DNA of 24,440 bases from Candidatus Micrarchaeia archaeon (GCA_038870455.1 JAWCPB010000017.1:1-24440), one strand, 5' to 3'; shown: positions 9,344 through 18,845, counted from the first letter of the stretch. Numbers and translations are program-made. Notes: a model not told the origin generated them from the sequence alone.

Positions 9344-10060
9344 ATGCCTTTCGCCTGTAACTGCTGCGCGAAGTGCTGCATGCATCTCAGGCAGCCCGCT
9401 GGGACAACGGGCGCGCCGCAGAAGGGCCCCGTCTTTTTTCTCGCAAAACCAGCGGAGCGCGGACCCACCCTGTTCGAGTGGGAAAAAGAGAGGCTGGAGG
9501 CAAAGGCAGCCGAGCTGGGCCTCTCTGCCCAAATCCTTCCTCTCCAGGTCGTATTCGACGCGAGCGTTGAGGGCGGCCGCGTTGTGGCAGCGCTGTGGCA
9601 TCTGGCCATGACGTCCTGTCCATTTCTGAATGACAAAAACCTCTGCGGCGTTTACGAGAACAGGCCGCTGGCATGCCGCGCCTTCCCTCTCTTCGGCTCG
9701 CGCGTTTCATGGAACAGGTTCAAGATAAAGCCTTTCGCGAGCGCGCTGTGCCCGAAGGCGATTGAGGTGAAGGCAGGCGGCAGGGAGGAATTCTTTCACG
9801 CGCTTGCCGAAGCCTACGGCGAGTGCTATGCCGCGGCGGAGAAGATGGACCTAGCGCTCGCCTTCAAGGACATAATGCTACATCGCCTGCTCTCCACTCC
9901 ATCGCTCAAGTTCGAGCGCGGCCCGCTCGAGTCTCTAAGGGCGCGCTTTTCCTCCTCCCCCGTTGTCGGCGCGCTGTCGCTCGCGCGCTCGCTGGGGCTT
10001 CTTCAGGAAGGCGAGCTGGCCGCCTCCCTCCGTCTCATCCGAGGCGATGAAAAGCCTTAA
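9344..10060 (+). CDS. YkgJ family cysteine-cluster protein
   Basis: FACNCCAKCC and CPFL...CGVYENRPLACRAFP motifs. Confidence 0.88.
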   Translation: MPFACNCCAKCCMHLRQPAGTTGAPQKGPVFFLAKPAERGPTLFEWEKERLEAKAAELGLSAQILPLQVVFDASVEGGRVVAALWHLAMTSCPFLNDKNLCGVYENRPLACRAFPLFGSRVSWNRFKIKPFASALCPKAIEVKAGGREEFFHALAEAYGECYAAAEKMDLALAFKDIMLHRLLSTPSLKFERGPLESLRARFSSSPVVGALSLARSLGLLQEGELAASLRLIRGDEKP

Positions 10061-10096
10061 AAAGGCGTTTGCAGAAGCCCTTTAGAGGCGATCGGC

Positions 10097-10675
10097 ATGA
10101 ACGGGAAAGGCAAGTTAGCTCTCGCAGTTTTTTCGCTGGCCCTGCTCTTCGGCTGCGCGGGCGGGCCTTCGCAGGCGGATTACGACAAGCTGCGCAGCGA
10201 CTTCGTCTTTCTCCAGCGCTCGTGCGACTCGCTGAACCGCAGCTTTGCCAACCTGACCGCCGAGTGCAACGACATCCTGTCGCAGAAGGCCGCGCTCGAG
10301 GCCGAGAAAGCCACTCTCTCGAGTCAGATAAGCTCGCTCAACACGCAGCTGAACGGCAGCGATACAGCGCTCGCGGCAGAGCGCGCCAAGCAGAATGCGA
10401 GCAAGGCGAGAATGGACAGCGCGATCGTCAAGCTCAATCTCTATAATGATACAAAGACGCTTCTGGCAAAGGGTTATGCTGTCACCACGAGCGAGCTCGT
10501 GGCGCATACGATAAAAATCAACGCGCTGAACGACTCGCAGCTCAACACGGAATGGGACGACATCCTCAACTGCGGGGCGTGCGCCAATGCGTCCTCGCTC
10601 GAGAATGCGTTCTATGCGCGCCTCCTCGGCCTCGCGCGCGCCGACATAGAGGCCGCGAAAGCGCAGCTGGGTTAG
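10097..10675 (+). CDS. Putative lipoprotein with coiled coil
   Basis: Signal peptide with lipobox LLFG-C, heptad-like middle region, several N-x-S/T sequons. Confidence 0.75.
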   Translation: MNGKGKLALAVFSLALLFGCAGGPSQADYDKLRSDFVFLQRSCDSLNRSFANLTAECNDILSQKAALEAEKATLSSQISSLNTQLNGSDTALAAERAKQNASKARMDSAIVKLNLYNDTKTLLAKGYAVTTSELVAHTIKINALNDSQLNTEWDDILNCGACANASSLENAFYARLLGLARADIEAAKAQLG

Positions 10676-11430
10676 AGCCCAAGTGCACGCTCGGTTAGCT
10701 GCTGCAGTCCCACGACAAATTTTTTAGTCGCCGCCATCTGCGCGGCGAGTATCCTGCCCGGCTCGAGGTACGCTTCCCTGTGGCAAAACAGCTCTTTCGG
10801 AAGCCGCGCTCCCGTTTTCATCGTTTTCAAAAACCAGTCGAGCACTTCCCCGGACATCCTGACCACAAGCAGAAGCGCGCCGAGCGCGTCCCCGTCATAA
10901 ACGTGTGTTTCCGGCAGCCCGGTGACGGCCTCTCCAAGTATCTTCCCGTGCTGGTAGTGCTGAGCTGCCCCGCCCTCGGCGAGCCATGTCAGCGCACAGC
11001 CCGGGAGCTTTCCTCTCGAAGGGAAAACCTCCATGAACATGCCGGCCTCGGGCTTTGCTTGCGTCAGCGCGTATTTTACCAGGAACTGTTGTGCCATGTA
11101 GCCGAAGCTGCTTCTTATGGAAAAATCGATTTTAACCGCAAGCTCTTCTGTCGAAAGCGCAGGGCGCCTGAGCCTGTCCGGGTCGGCGAGATAGCCGAAA
11201 AACGCTGGGCCGCCGTTTTTCTTTTCAGAGAAAAAACACGCGTGCCCGCGGGCGTTGATTTCGCCCCTTAGCCGAAAGTCTGCGAAAGCCCCGCAATTCC
11301 CCCATGCCTTCAGCACCTCGAGGATTTTTTTCCTCTGCCTGTGCACGTGCTTCCTGTAGGAGCTGGGCGTAACGCCCTGTGGGATATCGTTTCCGGCTAC
11401 CGCGAGCTCGACTTTCCCAGTTGCGCGCAC
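10672..11430 (-). CDS. Hypothetical protein
   Basis: 252-aa ORF filling the gap. GTG start preceded by AGGAG, stop overlaps the convergent gene's stop. No family recognised. Confidence 0.65.
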   Translation of the reverse strand: MRATGKVELAVAGNDIPQGVTPSSYRKHVHRQRKKILEVLKAWGNCGAFADFRLRGEINARGHACFFSEKKNGGPAFFGYLADPDRLRRPALSTEELAVKIDFSIRSSFGYMAQQFLVKYALTQAKPEAGMFMEVFPSRGKLPGCALTWLAEGGAAQHYQHGKILGEAVTGLPETHVYDGDALGALLLVVRMSGEVLDWFLKTMKTGARLPKELFCHREAYLEPGRILAAQMAATKKFVVGLQQLTERALGL

Positions 11431-11451
11431 GCTCCTAATTTGCCGAAAGCA

Positions 11452-11460
11452 GTATATAAG
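11452..11460. promoter_or_regulatory. Shared bidirectional TATA box
   Basis: GTATATAAG lies 22-30 nt from both the 11430 (-) and 11482 (+) start codons. Confidence 0.55.
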
Positions 11461-11481
11461 TCAATCTCTATTTTAGAGCGC

Positions 11482-12258
11482 ATGCGCATCAGCCTGCGCC
11501 TGACCATGGAGAGCGGCCAGCCCCCCGAGTTCCTGTGGCAGAAAACCGAAAGGGGCTATGCGCGTAAAATAGGCGGCCGCACGTGCGAGGTGTGGAGCGA
11601 GGGCGACCGGCTCTGCTTCACACCCGGTTTCGAGAGAGAAATCAACACGCTCTTCCGCGCACAGGATGATCTCGCTGCGATAGAGGAGGCCGTCGCCACC
11701 GACCGCATCATGCGCCTCGCCTTTTCTCGCTACAGAGGCCTGCGCATCACCGAAACCAATCCTTGGGAGACGATGGTATGCTTCATCTGCTCGATAAACA
11801 ACAATATCCCGAGAATAAAGAGGATGGTGCAGGGCCTCATGCGCGATGGTTGCGTGCTCCCACCCGAGGAGATGGCGCGCGCACATCTCGCGGGGCTGAA
11901 GCTCGGCTTCCGCGAGAAGTTCCTGAAGCAGGCGGCAAAAAAGGCAATTGGGTTTGATTGGAGTGCATTGCGTTCGGCTGATTTCGACAAAGCCAAGCGC
12001 GCCCTCATGGATTTTCCGGGCGTGGGCGACAAGGTGGCCGACTGCATCCTGCTCTTTGGCCTGGGCAGGCTTGAGGCCTTTCCGGTGGATGTGTGGATTC
12101 GGAGAGCGATGCGGAGGTACTACGGGCAGCGAACTATCGGGCAAATTCATTCTTTCGCGAAAAAGAAGTGGAGCCCGCTCGCGGGCTACGCCCAACAGTA
12201 CCTGTACTGCCTAGCCCGCGCTTGCCTTCCCTCTGCCAAAAGCGAATACATACAGTAA
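11482..12258 (+). CDS. 8-oxoguanine DNA glycosylase (OGG1-like, HhH-GPD)
   Basis: TMESGQ, PWETMVCFICSINNNIPRI, HhH motif FPGVGDKVADC, AFPVDVWI, AGYAQQYLY. Confidence 0.92.
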   Translation: MRISLRLTMESGQPPEFLWQKTERGYARKIGGRTCEVWSEGDRLCFTPGFEREINTLFRAQDDLAAIEEAVATDRIMRLAFSRYRGLRITETNPWETMVCFICSINNNIPRIKRMVQGLMRDGCVLPPEEMARAHLAGLKLGFREKFLKQAAKKAIGFDWSALRSADFDKAKRALMDFPGVGDKVADCILLFGLGRLEAFPVDVWIRRAMRRYYGQRTIGQIHSFAKKKWSPLAGYAQQYLYCLARACLPSAKSEYIQ

Positions 12259-13677
12259 AAGTATGACCGCGGGAACGACTGCTGCGCACTGCTCGGGCAT
12301 ATATTTTTTAAGCTGGCTAAGCGCGAGCGCCTGCGCCTGCTCCTCGGGCGGCGTGGTGAGGATTTTCTGCGATATGATCGCCTGTCCTTCCGCAGAGATT
12401 CTCCTCAGTTCGCTCGCGTAGGGCGCGAGGTTTGCCGCGGGAACCGGCGGGCTCAACGCCGCGGCTATAGCATCATACTGCTCCTGCAGCAGCGTGAGGT
12501 TGTCGCGCAGGCTGTCGTTGGCGGAGAGCAGGGCGTCGGTCTTGTTAAGCACGTTTTCCGCTTCGGCCTTTGCTGCGAGCAGGGCAGCGTACTCGGCTTC
12601 CCGCTGGTTCAGGCTCGCGTTCAGCTCGCCGGCCTTCTGCTCAAACTCAAGCCCTTTTCTGAAAGCCTGTTCGAACAGGCCGCGGCTCTTGAGAGCAATC
12701 ACTGCATCCGAGATGTTCCGGAGTTCTGCGTACGCGTCCTCCAGACTCGGGTCGCTCACTTTTAATGCGAGCGAGGCCCTTCTGCTCCCAAAGTCGCCGA
12801 GCGTTATCGCCATGGTGGAGGCGAGGGCTGCAAGGCGCGCCGTCCTGTTCTCGACATAGCTTATCCTATCATCCCCGCGCGACTTTATGTTCGCCGCCCG
12901 GCCGGGTATTCCGCTGAGCCCGGCGAGGTCTGTCTTGAGGCTGGCCAGCTCGCTGTTGGCCTGGGCCAGCGCGGTGAGGTTGTACCTGAACCTGCAGTAC
13001 TGGATGCAGTCCGGGCAGGGAGCCACCAGCCTGCTGGATTGTATGGCGTTGACGGCGTTGCTGAGCTGAGTTATCCTCGCCCTCTGCACGTCTATCGCGC
13101 TTCCGCCCGCCGCGAGCGCGTTCGCCGAAATGTCGTCGAGCACAGAGGCGACGAGCGAGTCCATGAGCGTGAAGTTGTTCACCATGTCCCTTATCACGAA
13201 CAGCAGCGCCTCGACGCGCACCGTGGTCTCGCAGATGGGCACCGACCTGCACGCGAACAGGCAGGAGTCCCTATCCACGCACGGATACTTGTCCGTGCCC
13301 GTCTTCCTCTTGCAGTTGAATTCGCCCGTCTCCTGGTCCTCCCTTCCCCTGTCCCTCGATGCGTTGAACTCCCTGACAAGCCCCTCGATGCTCGCCTCCC
13401 TTGCGTCGTAGTTTATGCTCTTGTAGAACCTCTTCTCCAGCACCCTCTGTATTTCCGCGCCTTCCCTCACGAGGCTCGCGCCTGCCGGAGTCTCCCGGAA
13501 GAGGAACATCTCGGTGCCATCCACCGAGGCGATGACGAAACTCCCCTCATCTGTGGAAAACGCTTCCTTGGTTATGTTCTCGTCAGGCTCTGTGTAATTC
13601 TGCAGGATGTGGTCCACCGTGAGGGCGGAGGACTGAGACATAACGAGCGCCAGCACCGCAAGCACTAGAATACGCAT
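12211..13677 (-). CDS. Secreted Cys-rich, coiled-coil surface protein with C-terminal anchor (paralog A)
   Basis: Signal peptide, TGTDKYPCVDRDSCLFACRSVPIC motif, many sequons, C-terminal Cys-TM-basic tail. Confidence 0.85.
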   Translation of the reverse strand: MRILVLAVLALVMSQSSALTVDHILQNYTEPDENITKEAFSTDEGSFVIASVDGTEMFLFRETPAGASLVREGAEIQRVLEKRFYKSINYDAREASIEGLVREFNASRDRGREDQETGEFNCKRKTGTDKYPCVDRDSCLFACRSVPICETTVRVEALLFVIRDMVNNFTLMDSLVASVLDDISANALAAGGSAIDVQRARITQLSNAVNAIQSSRLVAPCPDCIQYCRFRYNLTALAQANSELASLKTDLAGLSGIPGRAANIKSRGDDRISYVENRTARLAALASTMAITLGDFGSRRASLALKVSDPSLEDAYAELRNISDAVIALKSRGLFEQAFRKGLEFEQKAGELNASLNQREAEYAALLAAKAEAENVLNKTDALLSANDSLRDNLTLLQEQYDAIAAALSPPVPAANLAPYASELRRISAEGQAIISQKILTTPPEEQAQALALSQLKKYMPEQCAAVVPAVILLLYVFAFGRGKASAG

Positions 13678-13742
13678 TTTTCCTCACGCACACCTCTTTT
13701 CTCCCGCAACTATTTTAAATGCGCCGCGAGAAGCCTCTTCGA

Positions 13743-14465
13743 ATGATTTCGGTAGTCATCCCGACCAAGAACGAGGCCAAGAACATAGAGCACTGCCTCG
13801 TCAGCCTCATCCACCAGAATTTCAAGGGAAAGTACGAGGTCATCCTCGTAGACGGGTTTTCCACCGACGGCACCGTGAAGTACGCGCGCAAGCACATCAA
13901 GAAAATCTTCCAGTACAGCATTCGCAGGCAGATTCCCCGCGGGCCCGCCGCTGCGCGCAACTACGGCGCGAAAGTCGCCAAATACCCCATCGTGGCATTC
14001 ATCGACGCCGACTGCATCGCGCGCGAGGACTGGCTGCAAAGGATTTGGGAGGATTTTGAGAAGGACAAGGAGCTGCTGGGCGTTGGGGGCATTCTCGCCC
14101 CGCGCGATGCGCGCCTCATCGACATCATCATGTTCACCCTATTCAGCGACTGGTGGGTGAAGGTTTCTTCTTGGCTCGGCATCTGGCAGCTTTACGGAAA
14201 CAACTGCGCCTACCGCCGGGCCGCCTTCCTGAAGCAAAAGGGCTTCAGCACGACAATCTCCTTCTGGGAGGACACCGAACTCAGCATGCGCATGAAAAAC
14301 ATGGGCAAGCTGCTCATCGACCGCAGCATGGTGGTCTGGACGAGCACGCGCCGCTTCCGCCAGAAGGGCTATGGCTCGGTGTTCATGGTCAACCTCAAGG
14401 CCTTCATCGACCACCTGCTTGGCAGGCCCATCACGGAAAGGTATTTCGAGGAGATAAAGCACTAG
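13743..14465 (+). CDS. Family 2 glycosyltransferase
   Basis: MISVVIPTKNE, VDGFSTDGT, GPAAARNYG, FIDAD, WED, STRRF. TTTTAAAT about 25 nt upstream supports this start. Confidence 0.95.
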   Translation: MISVVIPTKNEAKNIEHCLVSLIHQNFKGKYEVILVDGFSTDGTVKYARKHIKKIFQYSIRRQIPRGPAAARNYGAKVAKYPIVAFIDADCIAREDWLQRIWEDFEKDKELLGVGGILAPRDARLIDIIMFTLFSDWWVKVSSWLGIWQLYGNNCAYRRAAFLKQKGFSTTISFWEDTELSMRMKNMGKLLIDRSMVVWTSTRRFRQKGYGSVFMVNLKAFIDHLLGRPITERYFEEIKH

Positions 14466-14477
14466 GCAGAGCTCGCG

Positions 14478-14894
14478 TCATTCCATCACAAGCAGCACTA
14501 TGCTCGCGAGCGCGAGCAGTATGCCGACAGCGCGCAGGAGGGTGAGCTGCTCTCCGAGGAAAACCGCCCCCAGCGCCACCGCGACCACTGTTGAAAGCGC
14601 GAAGATGGGTATGGCCACGTTTATCTTCGCGTCCGGCTGGGCGAGTGCCGCATAAGGCAGGATGAACGCGAGCCCGCCTATTGCTATGAAGGCAACCGCG
14701 TACATCCATGAATTCTGGGTTGCCTTGATCGTCTTGTAGTTGGCAGCGTAATACACTCCGAGGGCGAGCGCGGCAACAACCACCACTGGGATGAGCAGCC
14801 TCCAGTCTTCCCTGTCCGCAAAGAATTTCCTGATGAGAAAATTGTACGCCCCGAGGGCGATCATCGCCCCCAGCGCCAGCACACGGTAGTCCAT
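14478..14894 (-). CDS. EamA/DMT family transporter (single domain)
   Basis: 138 aa with about 5 TM segments and the motif AVFLGEQLTLLRAVGILL. Confidence 0.85.
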   Translation of the reverse strand: MDYRVLALGAMIALGAYNFLIRKFFADREDWRLLIPVVVVAALALGVYYAANYKTIKATQNSWMYAVAFIAIGGLAFILPYAALAQPDAKINVAIPIFALSTVVAVALGAVFLGEQLTLLRAVGILLALASIVLLVME

Positions 14895-14945
14895 GCGCTG
14901 CCTTTCATCCTCCGCCTTTTAATTGATTGCCTTCGATTACCCACC

Positions 14946-16799
14946 GTGCGCGCTCTCGCCGCCCTCCTTGCCCTGCCCGCCCTGCTCGCAGCCGTTTCTT
15001 TCGATGAGTTCATTGCGAACTACACTCTTCCGGGGGAAATCATTCAGTCGCAGCTCCTCGCCTCAGCGGCGGGCGCCTACGCGCTTGTTTTCATCAACTC
15101 CCGCGAGTCGATGCTCGTGGATGTTTCCCCGCCCGGCGCGCCGTCTCTCGTCGAATCCGCTCACGCGATCGAATCCGTCCTGAGAGAGGATGCTCTCCTC
15201 AGCCTGTCCCTGCCCTCCCGCGCTGCCGACGCCGCTCTCTCACTCGACGATTTCAACGCCAGCGGGGCAGGCTGGCAGGCTCTGTGCTCGCAGTGGACTG
15301 GGACAGACCGCTTTCCTTGTGTCAATCTCTCCTCGTGCCAGCTCGCGTGCATCAGCGTTCCCCTCTGCAAAAACATGATGATGGGGATAGGCGACCCGTT
15401 CACGCTCTCCATCTGGGGCTGGAGGAACGAAACGGGCAGGCTCGATTTCAGCCTCTCACAGGCCCGCTCCGACCTCAGCCTGCTTCCGGCATCAGAAGAG
15501 CCGCGCGCGCCCCTCTCTTCCGCGCAGGCCTCACTCTCAGGCGCCCGCTCGGCCTTCCACGCCATGCGCTCAAGCGACTTGTTCAACTGCGATCCGTCCT
15601 ACCCGCGCTCTTACTGCTTCTGCAACATCACCTTCAACGAAGCGTACTTGAATGACGCGGAGGAAAAGCTGGCCTCGCTCGAGGCCGACCTGTCTGTCCT
15701 CGACGTGATTCCCGCCAGGGCGGCCGCCATCGCGGACGAGACGAGCGCACGCATCCGCGCCGCCGTGCAGCGGGGCGAGGAGGCCAACTTCAACCGGACG
15801 CTCGCCGCCGCGGTTGCCTGGCTCGCCGAGGCCGAGGCCAACGCCTCGGAAGCCCTCTCGCTGATAAGCGACGAAAACCTCTCCCTCAGCCTGGAGCGCG
15901 CGCGCTCCAAGCTCTCCGAGATGCGCAGCGCCGGAGCCGCCGGGGATTTCGAGCGCGGGAATGCTGTCGCAGGAGAGCTGTTCGCCCTCGTTCCCGAGAT
16001 TGAGGCGGAGGCCAACAGGCTAATCACAATCTATCGTTCCCTGCAGAATGCATCGGCAAACGCCTCTGCGGAAATAGCGCTCGCCAACCTCACCCTGCTT
16101 CCGGGCGACGGACCGCTTTTTGCACAGCTCGAAAACCTTTCCCTCTCGCTCAACTCGACGCGTTTTCTCCTCACCCCGCCGATTTCCAGAAACCAAACCT
16201 ATTTTCTTTCGGAGGAGTTCGCGCGCATCTCGCAGGAGGCCGGGGGCATTCGCGCGAAGGCTCTCTCCAAGCACGCTCTTGAGGACGAGGCGGCTTCGCT
16301 CGCCCTGAGGCTCTCCAACCTCTCGCTGCTCGCGGCTTCCTACAACCAACGCTTGGACTCAACGCGCTTCACCGCGCTCCTTTCCCAAGCTTCTCTGCAG
16401 CTCACGCGCATTGAGCTCGCTGAAGCCAATGCAAGCTTGTCAAGCGCGGAAGCCGAGCTCGCCTCCATCGAGTCTTCCCTGAGGCGGAAGATTTTGCAGA
16501 TTGAAGCCGCGAAGGCCGCCATTGCGGAAGCCGAGGAGGCCGTGGAAAACGCCTCGCGGGTGAGGGTGCTCTTGTTTCTCACTCCAAACCTGGAGGATGC
16601 GCGCGCCAAGCTGAATTCCTCGCGCGCCGTCCTCTACGACGACCCTGCCATCGCGCGGGAGCTTGCGGACTTGGCTCACGCGAAAGCCGATTCAGAGGCA
16701 GAGCGCGTGCAGGGAATGTGCCCGCTGGCCTTCCTTCTCGCCCTGCTTCTACTCCTTGCGGCGCAGCGCGACAAAAGCAGCAAGCGCGAGCGGAACTAG
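14946..16799 (+). CDS. Secreted Cys-rich, coiled-coil surface protein with C-terminal anchor (paralog B)
   Basis: Signal peptide, TGTDRFPCVNLSSCQLACISVPLC motif, more than a dozen sequons, tail MCPLAFLLALLLLLAAQRDK. Confidence 0.85.
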   Translation: MRALAALLALPALLAAVSFDEFIANYTLPGEIIQSQLLASAAGAYALVFINSRESMLVDVSPPGAPSLVESAHAIESVLREDALLSLSLPSRAADAALSLDDFNASGAGWQALCSQWTGTDRFPCVNLSSCQLACISVPLCKNMMMGIGDPFTLSIWGWRNETGRLDFSLSQARSDLSLLPASEEPRAPLSSAQASLSGARSAFHAMRSSDLFNCDPSYPRSYCFCNITFNEAYLNDAEEKLASLEADLSVLDVIPARAAAIADETSARIRAAVQRGEEANFNRTLAAAVAWLAEAEANASEALSLISDENLSLSLERARSKLSEMRSAGAAGDFERGNAVAGELFALVPEIEAEANRLITIYRSLQNASANASAEIALANLTLLPGDGPLFAQLENLSLSLNSTRFLLTPPISRNQTYFLSEEFARISQEAGGIRAKALSKHALEDEAASLALRLSNLSLLAASYNQRLDSTRFTALLSQASLQLTRIELAEANASLSSAEAELASIESSLRRKILQIEAAKAAIAEAEEAVENASRVRVLLFLTPNLEDARAKLNSSRAVLYDDPAIARELADLAHAKADSEAERVQGMCPLAFLLALLLLLAAQRDKSSKRERN

Positions 16800-17873
16800 G
16801 AAGAACGGGCACAGCCTCCCGGGGACAGGCGGCTGCCCCCCCGGGCTTGTGACATTCGGTCCCGTGACATTCGGCTGCGTTATCGTCACCACGCAGATGT
16901 TGCTCTCGCACGTCTCTCCAGCAGAGCAGTCCGCATCGCGCGCACAACAGCTCTGCCCTACGCTTCCAGCGCAGCAGTATTTCGTCGCCCCGCCGGCGCT
17001 TCCCGGCGCGCAGTACCTGCTTGCGCAATCCAAGTTCGTCTTGCACACCTCGCCGTTGGCCAGGTTTTTCTGCACGCACTGGAACTCGCTCGAGCACACT
17101 TGCCCCGTGGTGCAGGGCGCGGCGTCGCTTCCCGGGCTCGGGCAGCACGTCCCGCCAGGGCAGCATATCCCGCTCCTGGCATCGCAGTAGCCGCTCGCGC
17201 ACTCCTCGTCCGCCGCGCACCCCTCCCCGCTCGCTTTCTTTCTGGGAATCTCGTACGCGCAGTTGTCGCAATAATAGTTTTTGACGAAATCAGCATGCAT
17301 GATGCGCGTCTCTGCGTTGAGGATGAGGTCCTTTAGCTCCGTGCTCGAAAAACTGAATTCCCTGTTGGGCGCGGTGCACTTGTACGTTATCCTCCAGCTG
17401 GTCTCGTTGCTGGCTATGGCCTCGCTTATCTTCTGCTCGAACCCCTCGTGGCACTCCCTCGCCTCCTTTATTATCTGGTGCATGGGCGCGAGGCTCGAGA
17501 GGTGGTAGTTGAGCGCCACAGCGAGCGAGAACGCCTGGTCGCAGCAGCACTGTCCCTTTGCCCTCTCCATCCACAGGCCCGCGACCGCTGTCGCGTTGCA
17601 TGTTCTCATCTGCGTCTCACAGTAGGCTGCGTCGAAGGCCGGGCACGTTCCGAGGCCAGCCGCCATGTCGCAGTGCTGGTTGAAGCTCTCACCCAGCCTC
17701 GCGTCAAACGGCTCTACGCTGTCCGGATAAACCGCTCCCTCGTCAATCTCTGCCTTGCAATGGGGAAAATACCCGAGCAGCGTATGCTCGGCAACATACT
17801 TGTAAGTGGCGGCGTCCCAGGCGAAAGCCTGCACAGCAAGAAGCAACAGGACTGCGACAGCATGCGCGCGCAT
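16749..17873 (-). CDS. Secreted protein: degenerate Zn-dependent phospholipase C/P1-nuclease-like domain plus Cys-rich repeats and C-terminal anchor
   Basis: Likely start MRAHAV. Signal ends AFA|W, followed by YPD, PMH and HEGFE, then repeats GEGCAADEECASGYC / GEVCKTNLDCASRYC, a P/T-rich linker and the tail LCPFFLVPLALAAFVALRRKE. Confidence 0.75.
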   Translation of the reverse strand: MRAHAVAVLLLLAVQAFAWDAATYKYVAEHTLLGYFPHCKAEIDEGAVYPDSVEPFDARLGESFNQHCDMAAGLGTCPAFDAAYCETQMRTCNATAVAGLWMERAKGQCCCDQAFSLAVALNYHLSSLAPMHQIIKEARECHEGFEQKISEAIASNETSWRITYKCTAPNREFSFSSTELKDLILNAETRIMHADFVKNYYCDNCAYEIPRKKASGEGCAADEECASGYCDARSGICCPGGTCCPSPGSDAAPCTTGQVCSSEFQCVQKNLANGEVCKTNLDCASRYCAPGSAGGATKYCCAGSVGQSCCARDADCSAGETCESNICVVTITQPNVTGPNVTSPGGQPPVPGRLCPFFLVPLALAAFVALRRKE

Positions 17874-17943
17874 GCATTCACCGCACGAAATTACGTGTTC
17901 TGCTATAAAAAGGTTTTTATGTGCGGGAAGCGTTAAAAAAAGC

Positions 17944-18845
17944 ATGAGAAAACCCGTGCCAGCCGAAAAGACCACTCCTCCGACCGTGAGACAGTTTCAG
18001 AAGCGCCTCGAGGAAATGCGGACGCGCGTGCTCGTTCCACCGCGTTTCGGCAACCTGGAGCATGCGAAAGAGATAATTAATGAGGCGATAAGGGAGGGCG
18101 ATCTCAAGAGCTCGCGCGAGAAAGCCGAGCGGCTCATCACGAAAAGCAAAGTCAAGTTCTCAGAAGAGGAAACTGCTTTCATCCGCTCCTTTGTGCTTTA
18201 TCATCATTCTTTTCCCGAGGGGTGAGAGAGCACCTTGAAGACATGCTGGCATACTTGGCAGAGCTGACCGAGGGCATCAGAAAAAGTGGATTTGCTTCCT
18301 TCTGGATCGCCCTCACTCAGGGCAACAGGGCGGTGGGAATGATTTCAGGCGCCTACATTCTCGGCCCAAAAAGCCGAACTTCATTTTTATTGGTTACACA
18401 AAAGTCGATCCGGAGTGCAGGGACCCGAATGCCTCGCGCCTGCTGGAGCAGCCGCCTTCGAGTTCGCCGACAGGCTCGCCAACAGCATGGGGGCGCCTTC
18501 GCCCATCGCTTTTGTTGGTGAAATACTCCCGACAGAGCGGGCATTGGCGCGCCTGCTGAAACTGAATGGCTTCAAGCTTTTGAACTGCAAGTACATGCAG
18601 CCGTCCCTCAGAAGTTTGGAAAAAACCCAGTTGCTTTTTGTAACTAAGTCGCTGAAAAAAGGCCTCCTCCCCCAGCTGACCTACGAGCAGTGCGAGCGCG
18701 TTCTCAAAGACCTGTACGCCCACTACAACACTGGAGTCAAAGAGCCTTGGCCGCAGAATGAAATTGAGAAGTCGTCGCCTCGCTGGACAAGGAAAAGCCG
18801 GCCGTTGAGCTGACGCAGGACAACGCTGGAGCGCTTACGCGCTAG
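17944..18845 (+). pseudogene. GNAT-like protein gene interrupted by four -1 frameshifts (pseudogene or assembly error)
   Basis: Segments in successive frames join as LYHHSFPE / REHLEDM...VGMISG / FIFIGYTKVDPECR / FVGEI...NGFKLLNCKYMQPSL / VVASLDKEK...TR*, giving about 301 aa after restoring 4 nt. Confidence 0.65.

Noticed and set aside
18223-18340. TGA readthrough (Sec or an alternative code) joining 17944-18225 to 18415-18813, which share a frame
   Set aside because: The in-frame read through three TGAs is not protein-like, while the shifted frames give GNAT-like motifs. TGA is a normal stop elsewhere in the window.
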